Shown one piece after another: positions 10,972 through 21,391 of a DNA stretch of 64,000 nt. A program made the translations under genes and the position numbers. The notes beneath the pieces were generated by a model that was given only the letters and a program-made list of their open reading frames with translations, ran no database searches and was not told the DNA's origin. The DNA is taken from positions 32,001 to 96,000 of the forward strand of contig NZ_CP157522.1 of the NCBI RefSeq assembly GCF_049075655.1. The letters run 5' to 3'. Numbering within the stretch: the stretch's first letter is position 1; the number at the start of each line of letters is the position of its first letter. Origin of the DNA: Methanothermococcus sp. Ax23. Lineage in GTDB: Archaea; AGJL01; Methanococci; Methanococcales; Methanococcaceae.

Positions 10972-11454
10972 ATGGTATTACTACTTATCAGGGGCGATAA
11001 TTACGAAAAGATTAAAAATGCACTGGCAGATATCCACAGACATGCAAAATTAACAATAATTGGAAAACCAAAAATCATGGTTCCCGAAGCTGCGGATGAG
11101 CTCCTAAAATACATACTTGGAAATATTAAAAAACCATGTAAAAAAGCATGCCTAGTTAAAATCGAAGAAAACGCTCCAAGAGCAATAGATAAAATAAGAA
11201 AAATCCACCCCCCTGCACATATTGTGGTGATAAGTGAAAGACATGAACCATACCCTTACCTTATTGAAGATTTTCCGAAAATGCCTCCATTGAAAGGATA
11301 TTATAAAAGTAAGGGTGGCGATGAAGAAGAGGATGAAAAAGAAAAGAATGGCAAACCTCCAAAAAAACAGAAAGTTTCCAAATCTTCTTCTGTTCAGGGC
11401 AAATCTAAATTCAAACATAAAAAACCAAAAACAACAACAAAGAATAAAAAATAA
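10972..11454 (+). CDS. DUF356 family protein
   Basis: LIRGDNYEK..NALADIHRHAKL...IHPPAHIVV; K-rich tail. Confidence 0.8.
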   Translation: MVLLLIRGDNYEKIKNALADIHRHAKLTIIGKPKIMVPEAADELLKYILGNIKKPCKKACLVKIEENAPRAIDKIRKIHPPAHIVVISERHEPYPYLIEDFPKMPPLKGYYKSKGGDEEEDEKEKNGKPPKKQKVSKSSSVQGKSKFKHKKPKTTTKNKK

Positions 11455-11465
11455 AGGGTGAAGGT

Positions 11466-14400
11466 ATGAAAGAGGTTAAAGGAACAGTTAATTTTAGAGA
11501 AATGGATAAAGAAATAAAAAAATTTTGGGAAGATAATGAAATATACCAAAAGGTAAAAAAACTAAACGAACACTATCCAGAATATTATTTTGTAGATGGT
11601 CCTCCATACTGTTCTGGTGCGATACATTTGGGAACTGCATGGAATAAAACAATAAAAGACACAGTATTGAGATTTAAGAGAATGCAAAATTATAATGTTC
11701 TCGATAAAGCGGGCTGGGATATGCACGGGCTTCCTATTGAAGTAAAGGTTGAAAATGAATTCAACATAAAATCAAAAAAGGACATTGAAACAAAAATTGG
11801 AACAACAGAATTTATTGAAAAATGTAAGGAATTTGCACTGAGAAATAAGGAAGTAATGGAGAATCAGTTTAAAAATTTAGGAATATGGCTTGACTGGGAA
11901 AATGCATACATGCCTATAAAAAACGACTATATAGAGTCAGGATGGTGGAGTTTAAAAAAGGCACATGAAAAAAATCTTCTTTCAAAAGATTTAAGGGTTG
12001 GATATTGGTGTCCAAGATGTGAAACTTCACTTGCAGAACATGAGGTAAGAGGAGAATATAAAGAAGTTCTCGACCCATCAGTTTATGTTAAATTTAAACT
12101 AATGGATGAAAAAGAAAAAGATACCTACCTTGTAATTTGGACAACAACACCATGGACTTTAATGTCAAATCTTCTTGTTTCAGTTCATCCAGATTTCGAT
12201 TATGCCTATGTTGAAGTTGTTTTAGAAAGAGATGGAGAAGAGATAAAAGAAACATGGATAATAGCTGAGGCATTAGTTGAGGAAGTGATGAAAAAGGCAG
12301 GTAAAAGCAACAATATAAAATCTTACAACATAATAAAGACAGTAAAAGGAGCGGATTTAGAAGGGATAAAATATATACATCCACTGCTGGAAGAAAACGA
12401 AAGACAGAAAGAATTTGCAGAAATCGAAAATGCCCATACTGTGGTATTGGGCGAGCATGTTAGTTTAGATGGTGGAACAGGTTTAGTTCATACTGCACCA
12501 GGGTTTGGTGAAGAGGACTTTGAAGTTGGTAAAAAATACGATGTTCCGATATATTCCCCAATAGATGACGAAGGAAGATATATAGAAGGAAAATGGAAAG
12601 GAACCTTTGTAAAAGATGCTGATGACGATGTAATAGAAACATTAAAAAATAAAAATCTCTTAGTTTCAGCTGGAAAGATAAAGCACACGTATCCGCACTG
12701 TTGGAGATGTAAAACACCACTTTTATTTAGAGCTACGGAGCAATGGTTCTTAACTATATCAAAGATAAAGGATGACATAATAGAGCATGCAAAAACCGTT
12801 GATTGGGTGCCAAACTGGGTAGAAACAAGGTATATAAATGGAGTTAAGTTCGTTGGAGACTGGAATATATCAAGGCAGAGATACTGGGGAATACCACTTC
12901 CAATATGGGTATGTGAAGAATGCGGAAAATATGAAGTTATAGGAAGTGTTGAAGAATTAAAGGAAAAAATGATAAACGACATTCCATTGGATGATTTGCA
13001 TAAACCAACAGTTGATAAGATTATTTTAAAATGTAGCTGTGGAAAGGAAATGAAGAGGGTGCCTGATGTTCTCGATGTCTGGTATGATTCAGGACTTGCT
13101 CCTTATGCTTCAATAAATGCCAAAGAACTTAAAAAAGCTGATTTCATCGTTGAAGGAAATGACCAAGTTACAAAATGGTTCTATTCCCAGCATGCATTAA
13201 GTGCAATTGTATTTAACGATATACCATACAAAAAATGTATGATGCACGGATTTGCACTTGATGAAAACGGAAACAAAATGAGTAAAAGTTTAGGAAATGT
13301 TGTAAATCCTGATGAAGTAGTGGAAGAGTATGGTGCGGATTTACTGAGGTATTATTTACTTAGTGCAAACAAGGCATGGGAAGATATAAGATTCTCATAC
13401 AATGAGCTCGGCGAGGTAAAAAGTTTATTCAATACACTTTGGAACTCATACACATTTGCAGTTAATTATATGGTGCTTGATAACTTTGTTCCAAATGAGG
13501 AATATATGAATTATTTAAGGGATGAAGATAAATGGATAATAAGCAAAATAAACAGCTTAACAAAGGAAATAATTGAGGATTTAGAAATTCCGCATCTCCA
13601 TTCATACACATGGAAATTAAGGGAATTCATACTTAATGATTTAAGCAGATGGTATATTAAACTCATAAGAAGCAGAACATGGATGGAGAAGGACGACCCT
13701 GACAAGCTTTCAGCATACCAAACATTATACTATGTTTTAATGAAATTGATTACAATCCTATCGCCAGTTGCACCGCACATAAGCGAAAAGATATATCAAA
13801 ACATGAAAACAGAGGATATGCCAGAAAGTGTATTCATGAATAAAATAACTATTGATGAGGAACTCATAGACAGAACACTTGAAGAAGATATTGAGGTTGT
13901 AAGGGAAATTGTAGATGCCATATTGAGAGGAAGGGACAAGGTAAAACACACACTGAGGTATCCAATATCAAAAATAATACTTCCAAAGAGCATTGAAAAT
14001 GTAGTGGAAAAATACGGATATATCATAAAAGAACAAGGCAATGTTAAAGAAATAGATGTTGAAGAGTTCAAAGGAAACATGACTGTTAAGCCAAATTATA
14101 GAGAGCTCGGAAAGGTATTCAAAAGTGAAGTTCCAAATGTTGTAAAAATCATTAACTCCATGAATCCAAATGAGCTCAGTGAAAAATTGAAAGAAGAAGG
14201 AAAAATAACAATTGATGGATATGAGATAAAACCTGAATATGTTGAGTTTAAAATAGAAATTCCAGAAAACATTGTTGGTATGGAGTTTTCAAAAGGAAAT
14301 GTTTATATAAACATTGAACTAACTGAGGATATTATAAAAGAAGGGCTTATGAGGGAGGTAATTAGAAGAATCCAGTCAATGAGAAAAGATATGGATTTGG

Positions 14401-14588
14401 ATATTGAAGAGAAGATAAAGGTAAAAATGGAAGGCATTGAATTCAGTGAAGATACATTAAAATCCATTGAGAAAGAGGTTAGAGGAACATTCTTTGATGA
14501 AATAAAACCAGATTATGAACAGGAATGGGAAATAAAGACACCAAATAAGGAAGTTTATAGGATAAAAATAGGGGTAGAAAAATTATAA
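11466..14588 (+). CDS. ileS: Isoleucine--tRNA ligase
   Basis: DGPPY..GAIHLG, WTTTPWTL, GTGLVHTAP, KMSKS. Confidence 0.98.
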   Translation: MKEVKGTVNFREMDKEIKKFWEDNEIYQKVKKLNEHYPEYYFVDGPPYCSGAIHLGTAWNKTIKDTVLRFKRMQNYNVLDKAGWDMHGLPIEVKVENEFNIKSKKDIETKIGTTEFIEKCKEFALRNKEVMENQFKNLGIWLDWENAYMPIKNDYIESGWWSLKKAHEKNLLSKDLRVGYWCPRCETSLAEHEVRGEYKEVLDPSVYVKFKLMDEKEKDTYLVIWTTTPWTLMSNLLVSVHPDFDYAYVEVVLERDGEEIKETWIIAEALVEEVMKKAGKSNNIKSYNIIKTVKGADLEGIKYIHPLLEENERQKEFAEIENAHTVVLGEHVSLDGGTGLVHTAPGFGEEDFEVGKKYDVPIYSPIDDEGRYIEGKWKGTFVKDADDDVIETLKNKNLLVSAGKIKHTYPHCWRCKTPLLFRATEQWFLTISKIKDDIIEHAKTVDWVPNWVETRYINGVKFVGDWNISRQRYWGIPLPIWVCEECGKYEVIGSVEELKEKMINDIPLDDLHKPTVDKIILKCSCGKEMKRVPDVLDVWYDSGLAPYASINAKELKKADFIVEGNDQVTKWFYSQHALSAIVFNDIPYKKCMMHGFALDENGNKMSKSLGNVVNPDEVVEEYGADLLRYYLLSANKAWEDIRFSYNELGEVKSLFNTLWNSYTFAVNYMVLDNFVPNEEYMNYLRDEDKWIISKINSLTKEIIEDLEIPHLHSYTWKLREFILNDLSRWYIKLIRSRTWMEKDDPDKLSAYQTLYYVLMKLITILSPVAPHISEKIYQNMKTEDMPESVFMNKITIDEELIDRTLEEDIEVVREIVDAILRGRDKVKHTLRYPISKIILPKSIENVVEKYGYIIKEQGNVKEIDVEEFKGNMTVKPNYRELGKVFKSEVPNVVKIINSMNPNELSEKLKEEGKITIDGYEIKPEYVEFKIEIPENIVGMEFSKGNVYINIELTEDIIKEGLMREVIRRIQSMRKDMDLDIEEKIKVKMEGIEFSEDTLKSIEKEVRGTFFDEIKPDYEQEWEIKTPNKEVYRIKIGVEKL

Positions 14589-14590
14589 GG

Positions 14591-14650
14591 TTCCAGCCGA
14601 AGCGATAGCGAGGCTGGAATTTTGGATGCACACTTTTTTAAAGGGTGCAT
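14591..14650. repeat. Palindromic double hairpin between ileS and IS607
   Basis: TTCCAGCC...GGCTGGAA and ATGCAC...GTGCAT. Confidence 0.6.
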
Positions 14651-14711
14651 AAAAACGCCTTCCGAAACTGTTATATATTAGATGGGTGTTAGTTATTATT
14701 GGTGAGTAAAT

Positions 14712-15341
14712 GTGAGTTTAGAAAGAGTATATACGATGAAGGAAGCTTGTGAATTGTTGGGAGTTCATATAAAAACACTACAAAAATGGGATAGGGAGGG
14801 AAAAATTAAATGTGTTAGAACCATAGGAGGAAAGAGAAGAGTTCCAGAGAGTGAGATAAAACAAATCTTAGGAATTAAAGACAAAGAACAAAGAAAAATT
14901 ATCGGATATGTAAGAGTATCATCAAATACACAAAAGGATGATTTAGAAAGACAAATGGACATGATAAAATCATACGCAAGAGATTTAAATTGGAATGTGG
15001 AAATATTAAAAGATATTGGTAGTGGATTAAATGAAAAGAGGAAAAACTACAAAAAACTTTTAAAAATGGTTATAAACCGAGAAGTTGAGAAAGTAATAAT
15101 TACTTACCCAGATAGATTGACGAGATTTGGTTTTGAAACATTAAAAGAATTCTTCAAATCTTATGGAACAGAGATAATTGTTATTAATAAAAAATATAAG
15201 ACACCACGAGAAGAGTTAGTAGAGGACTTAATAACTATCGTCTCCCATTTCGCAGGAAAATTATACGGAATGCGTTCCCATAAGTATAAAAAACTTACAA
15301 AAACCATTCAAGAAATTGTAAGTGATAATAATGCCAAATAA
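14712..15341 (+). CDS. tnpA: IS607 transposase (MerR-like HTH + serine recombinase)
   Basis: N-terminal HTH ([17 protein letters not shown]), GYVRVSS catalytic Ser, [24 protein letters not shown]. Confidence 0.95.
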   Translation: MSLERVYTMKEACELLGVHIKTLQKWDREGKIKCVRTIGGKRRVPESEIKQILGIKDKEQRKIIGYVRVSSNTQKDDLERQMDMIKSYARDLNWNVEILKDIGSGLNEKRKNYKKLLKMVINREVEKVIITYPDRLTRFGFETLKEFFKSYGTEIIVINKKYKTPREELVEDLITIVSHFAGKLYGMRSHKYKKLTKTIQEIVSDNNAK

Positions 15342-16638
15342 AAACAAAATCCCAACCGAAATCATCCTAACATACAAAGTTAAACACAATTACGATTTAA
15401 AAAACCTACCAGAAGAATTTCTAAAAATCTCAAATGAAGCCATTAATATTATTTGGAAAAATATAAATTGGAAAGAAAAGACAATTAAACATCGATACAA
15501 AGTAGGAAAGAAATACAAATACTACAAAACTACTCGACTAATCCCAGAAATTCCAAAGGATAATGATTTCAAAAGAGAGTTAAGAAATCACTCATTAAAA
15601 GGTTGGGAGTTTGCATCTCATTATATCGATGGAGCTATTAAAACCGCCTACTCTACAATAAACAGTTGGAAATCAAATTATTTAAACGGTAACAGGGAAA
15701 TAAACAAACCAACATTCAAAAGACCTTTTGTTAGAGTTAAAAACACCCTAATAAGACATGATAAAGAAAATGGAAATATAAGAATTACCATAAAACCGAG
15801 AAAGGAGTATTTGGTTTTAAATATTAAGGATGCGTGGTTCTACGAAAAAATTAAGAACTTTAATGTTGGAGAGGTTATTTTAAAGGATAATGAGGCATTA
15901 ATAACCTTCAAAAGACAGTTGGATTTATCTGATAAGGAAGTAATTATTGGAATTGATAGTAATTTAAAGTCATTGGACTTATATCACTCAGAAAAAGGTT
16001 GGATTAGAGTTGATTTGTCTGAATTGCATAGGATTAAGGGGATTTATGATGTAATAATCGATAGGTTAAAATCAATCTATAAAAAAGCCCCTAAGAGGAT
16101 TAGCAAACTACTTAGAAAATACTGGAATAGGAGAAAAAATCGAGTTAATGATTTTATTAACAAACTCACTTCCCAACTATCTAAACTCTTTCCTAATGCA
16201 ATTTTAGTATTTGAAGATTTAGATAAGTTTAACATGTATGGTAAAAACTCTAAATTCAATAGGGATTTAGATAGAAGTAATTGGAGAAGAATAGCTGGGA
16301 AATTAGAGTATAAGAGTGTTGTTGTTTATGTTAATCCCCACTACACTTCAAAAACCTGTCCCGTATGCGGGAGTAGAATGGAGTCCCAAGAGGGGGAGGT
16401 TGTTAAATGCAATAATTGTGGGGATTTTAATAGGCAATTTGTTGGTTGTTTTAATGTATTTAAAAGAGGAATTAAATTAGTTGAAAAATTATTAGGCGGA
16501 GTTGGGGTTCCCGTGACTGGGGTGAAGGTCGATGATTTACTCTCCGATGAACCCAGAGGAGAGTTGAGATTGATGCCACCCAATCCCGATGTGAGTTATA
16601 TTGTAGATTTAAATGGTAGAGCTCTTTTACAAGTATAA
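15331..16638 (+). CDS. tnpB: TnpB family RNA-guided endonuclease
   Basis: RuvC-I IGIDSN, Ruv[20 protein letters not shown]...CNNC zinc finger; RuvC-III is atypical (NRQFVG). Confidence 0.92.
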   Translation: MPNKNKIPTEIILTYKVKHNYDLKNLPEEFLKISNEAINIIWKNINWKEKTIKHRYKVGKKYKYYKTTRLIPEIPKDNDFKRELRNHSLKGWEFASHYIDGAIKTAYSTINSWKSNYLNGNREINKPTFKRPFVRVKNTLIRHDKENGNIRITIKPRKEYLVLNIKDAWFYEKIKNFNVGEVILKDNEALITFKRQLDLSDKEVIIGIDSNLKSLDLYHSEKGWIRVDLSELHRIKGIYDVIIDRLKSIYKKAPKRISKLLRKYWNRRKNRVNDFINKLTSQLSKLFPNAILVFEDLDKFNMYGKNSKFNRDLDRSNWRRIAGKLEYKSVVVYVNPHYTSKTCPVCGSRMESQEGEVVKCNNCGDFNRQFVGCFNVFKRGIKLVEKLLGGVGVPVTGVKVDDLLSDEPRGELRLMPPNPDVSYIVDLNGRALLQV

Positions 16639-16812
16639 AAACTCACCAATACTCACATTGGGAAGACCCCTAGTAAGGAAGTTTATAAGATAAAAATAAT
16701 GCTTGAAAGAACAAATAATAAAAATTAATTTATTTTATTTAAAATCTTTTAGAAACACTTAAATACTATTTTATCATATATGCATGATAAATTCTCAAAT
16801 CTCGGTGAAATT

Positions 16813-17979
16813 GTGGATATATATTTAATGTTTTTTATAATAATTACATCCATATTTATAATGCCCATTATATTAAAAAGGTTTAATATTCCAGGTATTA
16901 CATCAGTAATGCTGGCGGGTATTCTTATTGGACCTTATGGGCTTGGGTTAATAGACATGAACGAAGCATTAACTATATTTTCAGAATTTGGAGCAATTTT
17001 CCTAATGTTTTTAGCTGGAATGGAGGTTGATAACGAAACATTGAGAGAAGAATTTAAAAATTCAACAGTTGTAAGCCTGTTCTCTCTGGTAATACCTGCT
17101 ATTGGGGGATATATCATAGGAAAATTGTTTGGGCTTGATTTTATTGGTGCTTTGCTTTATGCGGCAATATTTTCATCACATTCCGTTGGTATAGTATATA
17201 GCTTAATGAACGAATTAAACTTAACAAAATCAAGATTTGGAACAACTGCACTGAGTGCCACAATAGTTGTTGATTTAGTAAGTTTAATTGTATTATCTGT
17301 AATAATAAAGATGAGCACGAATATCCAGAATTCTGATATATTCTATTTTATACTGATGGTATTGCTGTATATCTCAGGACTCCTTCTGACGATACCCTAC
17401 ATTTCAAAAATAATATTCAAAAGATGTGCGCATCTCCACATTAAAAAAATACATTTTGTATTATTCATAATACTTGTTTCAATACTTGCTGGGGAGCTTA
17501 TAGGACTCCACCCAATCATTGGAGCATTTATTACTGGAGTGGCAGTTTCAGAGGCTCTTACAAAAGAGGAACATGACGAACTATTGAATAAAAATTTAAA
17601 TGCAATAGGATATGGTTTTTTTATACCTATATTTTTCCTCACATTGGGTATGACTACGGACATTAGAGTATTAACTGATTTGAAGAACATCTGGTTGGTA
17701 TTGGCAACCATAGTTGGAGCCTCAATTCTAAAAGTGACTTCCGGATACTTCTCCTTTAAGCTTATTGGGTACGATAAAATAAAAAGCTTCTGCGGCGGGT
17801 TGCTAACTATACCAAAAATATCCGCTTCATTAGTAGCCGCATCAGTCGGTCTTGAACTCGGAATTATTTCAAGAGAATTTTTTGTCGCAATAGTAGTTCT
17901 GTCTCTGGTGAGCTCTATGATAACACCAATATTTGTTAAAAACCTTGTTGTCAAATATAATCGGGCATTTGTTGAATAA
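16813..17979 (+). CDS. Cation:proton antiporter (CPA2/NapA-Kef family)
   Basis: LAGILIGPYGLG, FLMFLAGME, ATIVVD, IIGAF..G, GFFIPIFF; GTG start behind GGTGA. Confidence 0.9.
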   Translation: MDIYLMFFIIITSIFIMPIILKRFNIPGITSVMLAGILIGPYGLGLIDMNEALTIFSEFGAIFLMFLAGMEVDNETLREEFKNSTVVSLFSLVIPAIGGYIIGKLFGLDFIGALLYAAIFSSHSVGIVYSLMNELNLTKSRFGTTALSATIVVDLVSLIVLSVIIKMSTNIQNSDIFYFILMVLLYISGLLLTIPYISKIIFKRCAHLHIKKIHFVLFIILVSILAGELIGLHPIIGAFITGVAVSEALTKEEHDELLNKNLNAIGYGFFIPIFFLTLGMTTDIRVLTDLKNIWLVLATIVGASILKVTSGYFSFKLIGYDKIKSFCGGLLTIPKISASLVAASVGLELGIISREFFVAIVVLSLVSSMITPIFVKNLVVKYNRAFVE

Positions 17980-17989
17980 AAATAAAAAA

Positions 17990-18961
17990 TTAAAAAAATT
18001 CAAATCCAAATTCTTTTCGCATAAATCTTTTTCCTTTATTTAACTTGTATGTTAATTCCTTTTCAAATACATTATCAACCAAAAGTTTTGACAATGACGG
18101 GCTTATTTCCAAACCTGCTATGGATGTTGTTATTCTTGGATTTATTTCAAGTATGTATATATCATCACCATTTACAAGAACATCAACACCAACATAGCCG
18201 TTCAATCCATTTATTCTTTTTAATGCCTTCTCTGATTCTTCAATTATTTTATCTTTTAATGGATGAGATACGTTTATTTCACCGCCGCAGTATTTTTCAT
18301 CAATATATTGCTTATTTAAGCATAATGGATATATTTTTCTGTTAGAACCTCTATTTTGAACTATAAAACTTACGGAATATGATTCTCCTTCCACAAACTC
18401 TTGAATAATATGATTTTCATCTATTACTTGGTGAGCTCCCCCACATCCATCAACTTCTTTTGCGATATACTTTTTTAATGAAAATGTTTTTGGTGTTTTT
18501 ACATAATCTTTAATTTTATTATATGTTAAATATTTATTTCCCGCTATTTTAATGCCTTTTGAAGAGGAGCCTAAATTTATAACATTTTGTTCTTCAACAA
18601 TTTTAGTTAAATCGTATAGTATGTTATCACATTCTGGTGCAATTATTAACACCATATCTATATCTCTATTAGCCAGTAATTCATTCAATTTTGATTTATA
18701 ATCTTTTCCAGGCGTATATACTTCTAAATTAGGTATATTTTTTAATAAATTGAATGAAAACCTTCGGTTTTCATAGCTCTTCGCTTCGCTCCGATTGTAA
18801 TAATCTCTACTAGTTTTATCATCAACAATGGAAACAACAGAAAAACCATCATTTAAAAAGCTGTTAAGTAATTTATCAAACATTAATTTTCCTTCTTCAA
18901 AGATATTATTTTCTACGATTTCACCGCTACCTACGGCATATTCAAAAAGCAATATCTTCAT
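17990..18961 (-). CDS. mfnD: ATP-grasp protein, probable tyramine--L-glutamate ligase (methanofuran biosynthesis)
   Basis: LLFEYA, EGKLM, IIAPE, GYVGVD, LEINPRITTS. Confidence 0.8.
   Translation of the reverse strand: MKILLFEYAVGSGEIVENNIFEEGKLMFDKLLNSFLNDGFSVVSIVDDKTSRDYYNRSEAKSYENRRFSFNLLKNIPNLEVYTPGKDYKSKLNELLANRDIDMVLIIAPECDNILYDLTKIVEEQNVINLGSSSKGIKIAGNKYLTYNKIKDYVKTPKTFSLKKYIAKEVDGCGGAHQVIDENHIIQEFVEGESYSVSFIVQNRGSNRKIYPLCLNKQYIDEKYCGGEINVSHPLKDKIIEESEKALKRINGLNGYVGVDVLVNGDDIYILEINPRITTSIAGLEISPSLSKLLVDNVFEKELTYKLNKGKRFMRKEFGFEFF
18754..18797. repeat. Palindromic repeat inserted in frame in mfnD
   Basis: ATGAAAACC-TTC-GGTTTTCAT plus TCGCTTCGCT; translated as NRSEAKSYENRRFS. Confidence 0.7.
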
Positions 18962-19013
18962 AAAATCACCGAAAATAGCATTAAATTTAAAATTAAAAAA
19001 TAATATTTTTATA

Positions 19014-19370
19014 TTAATGATACCTTTTTATCTCATCAATAATGTATTCCATAGCCAAAAATGCCTCTTTTCTATGCCTTGCAAATACGTAATATGATGA
19101 AACAATTTCCCCAACGCCAAGAGTTCCTTTGTTGTGATATATGATTACATCTAAAAGATTAAATTTTTCAATTGCATCTTTTCTAATATCCACCAATTTA
19201 TCAAGAATATCAGGAATTTCCATCTTATCAGCAGGGACTTTTTCCCCTTCCTTAATCTCATAATTTCTTACAAATCCTGTAAATGAAGTATAACATCCCA
19301 TTTCTCCCTTATTATTTTCTATCAACTCATCGACTTTTTCTTTAAACTTTTCATAATCGCCAAATATCAT
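19014..19370 (-). CDS. moaE: Molybdopterin synthase catalytic subunit MoaE
   Basis: GCYTSFTGFVRN, IYHNKGTLGVGE, ARHRKEAF. Confidence 0.88.
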   Translation of the reverse strand: MIFGDYEKFKEKVDELIENNKGEMGCYTSFTGFVRNYEIKEGEKVPADKMEIPDILDKLVDIRKDAIEKFNLLDVIIYHNKGTLGVGEIVSSYYVFARHRKEAFLAMEYIIDEIKRYH

Positions 19371-19382
19371 TTTTTCACCAAG

Positions 19383-20219
19383 TTATTTAAATGAATTACA
19401 AATCGCCTTTTTCATAACATCAATATTTGGTTTAACGCCCGTCCATATCTCAAAAGAGATTGCCCCCTGATACACCAACATCCCGAGCCCATTGATTGTT
19501 TTTGCTCCCTGTTTTTTTGCCTCTCTTAAAAGGACGGTTTCTTCTGGATTATATATTAAATCCATTACAACCATATTTTCTTCAATTTTATTGGTATCTA
19601 TTATAGGTTGCACATTAACATTTGGATACATACCTATCGGTGTGGTGTGAATAATTATATCGAAATCACCAATATCTATATTTAAATTATTGTAATATAT
19701 ATGTTTATTTAATTTTTCAGATATTTCTTTTGCAAGGAGCTCCGCTTTTTCAACAGTCCTATTTATAATTGTCAAGTGATTGTTTTTTGCAAGTTCAAAT
19801 GCCACGGCTCTTGCAGCCCCGCCTGCACCAATTATCAATATATTTTTATTCTCTACCTTCCCGATTTCTTCTTCAAGGGACATTCTTGCCCCTAACCCAT
19901 CGGTGTTATATCCTATCGCTCTATCCTTTTCTATCTTTACAGTATTTACTGCACCTATGAGCTCAGCCTCTTTATCTATTTCATCAAGGTATTTCATTAT
20001 TTCCACTTTATGTGGAATGGTTATATTAAATCCACCTACTGTCCCAAGAGATTTTACTCCATCAACAACATATTTCAAATTTTCGGGAAGAACATCAAAT
20101 GCGAGATAAACATAATTTAGATTTTTATCCCTTAATGCCTCATTATGCATTATTGGAGATAAGGAATGTTCAACAGGATGACCTATAAGTCCCAAAAGTT
20201 TAGTTTTTGAATCTATCAT
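19383..20219 (-). CDS. aroE: Shikimate dehydrogenase
   Basis: GHPVEHSLSP.MHN, NITIPHK, GAVNT, NTDG, GAGGAARA. Confidence 0.97.
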   Translation of the reverse strand: MIDSKTKLLGLIGHPVEHSLSPIMHNEALRDKNLNYVYLAFDVLPENLKYVVDGVKSLGTVGGFNITIPHKVEIMKYLDEIDKEAELIGAVNTVKIEKDRAIGYNTDGLGARMSLEEEIGKVENKNILIIGAGGAARAVAFELAKNNHLTIINRTVEKAELLAKEISEKLNKHIYYNNLNIDIGDFDIIIHTTPIGMYPNVNVQPIIDTNKIEENMVVMDLIYNPEETVLLREAKKQGAKTINGLGMLVYQGAISFEIWTGVKPNIDVMKKAICNSFK

Positions 20220-20385
20220 ATTATCACTTTTTTCTTTTCTTTTTTCTTTCTTTTTTTATTATTTTTTTATATATTAATAATATATAAAAAGTTAAATTTA
20301 ATATAATTAATAATATGCAATATAAATTGTATAAATTATGTTAATATTGTAAATAAAAATATAAATAATGGATGGGATTTAAAAA

Positions 20386-21390
20386 ATGGAAGCGCTAGAA
20401 CGGATAAAATTAGGAATTGGAATAATAGGAACGATTATATTATTGGCAACCATCGGACTCATGTATTTTGAGGGTTGGGATTTTTTTACAGCGTTATATG
20501 TCGCAATAATCACAATATCCACCGTAGGATATGGTGACATAATTCCCACTACATTTGAAGGAAGAGTTTTAACATTGGTATATATTATATGCGGTGCTGG
20601 GGCAATGGCATACACATTTGCATCCATTGCAGGATTTTTTATAGAAGGGCAGTTTAAAAAAATTATAAGGTTGAAAAAAATGCAAACCAAATTAAAAATG
20701 ATAAATGGACATTACATTATATGTGGATTTGGAAAGATTGGAAAATTTGTGGCAAAAAAATTTGATGATGCAGGAGTTCCTTTTGTTGTAATTGACATGG
20801 ATGAAAAAAAGATTTTAGATGGGCTCGACAATTATAAAAATATGATATACATTGTTGGTGATGCAACATCAGATGATATATTAAATAGGGCTGGTGTAAA
20901 AAGAGCCAAGGGGTTGGTTGCAACTGTCAACTCAGATGCTGAAAATTTATTCATCACCCTATCAGCGAAGGAGCTCAACCCCAATATCTATGTTGTTGCC
21001 AAGGCAGAGAATAATGCCACTATTGACAAACTTTTGAAAGCAGGTGCAGATAGGGTAGTATCACCATATAGTATTGGAGGTTTAAGAATGGCAGAAATGG
21101 CTTTAAGACCTGAGATTTTAGATTTTGTAACTACTTTAATGGACACCACTCGTGATATGGAAATAGGAAGATTTACAATCTCGCCACAATCTGAGATTGT
21201 GGGGAAAACTCTTTATGACTCTAAAATACGGCAAAAAACAGGTGCAACAATCCTTGCCATAAAAAAGAAAAACGATAACGTGATTGTTAACCCAAGTCCC
21301 GATATTGTTTTAGATGAACGGGATGTTATATATGCATTTGGAACCAAAAAACATCTTGAAGAGCTCAAAAAAATATTGAAAGATATTTAA
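20386..21390 (+). CDS. Potassium channel (2TM + RCK/TrkA domains)
   Basis: TISTVGYGD selectivity filter, HYIICGFGKIG RCK_N, C-terminal RCK_C. Confidence 0.93.
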   Translation: MEALERIKLGIGIIGTIILLATIGLMYFEGWDFFTALYVAIITISTVGYGDIIPTTFEGRVLTLVYIICGAGAMAYTFASIAGFFIEGQFKKIIRLKKMQTKLKMINGHYIICGFGKIGKFVAKKFDDAGVPFVVIDMDEKKILDGLDNYKNMIYIVGDATSDDILNRAGVKRAKGLVATVNSDAENLFITLSAKELNPNIYVVAKAENNATIDKLLKAGADRVVSPYSIGGLRMAEMALRPEILDFVTTLMDTTRDMEIGRFTISPQSEIVGKTLYDSKIRQKTGATILAIKKKNDNVIVNPSPDIVLDERDVIYAFGTKKHLEELKKILKDI

Positions 21391-21391
21391 A

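Larger units (their letters stand above)
14643..16662 (+). mobile_element. IS607-family insertion sequence (tnpA + tnpB); left boundary approximate
   Basis: Serine-recombinase tnpA overlapping tnpB; GTGAGT-type motifs at the left end (TATTGGTGAGTAAATGTGAGT) recur inverted at the right end (ACTCACCAATACTCACATT) ending in GG. Confidence 0.88.

Noticed and set aside
3309-14588. Inteins in rfcL, deaD or ileS
   Set aside because: Lengths are typical and no intein splice or LAGLIDADG motifs were seen
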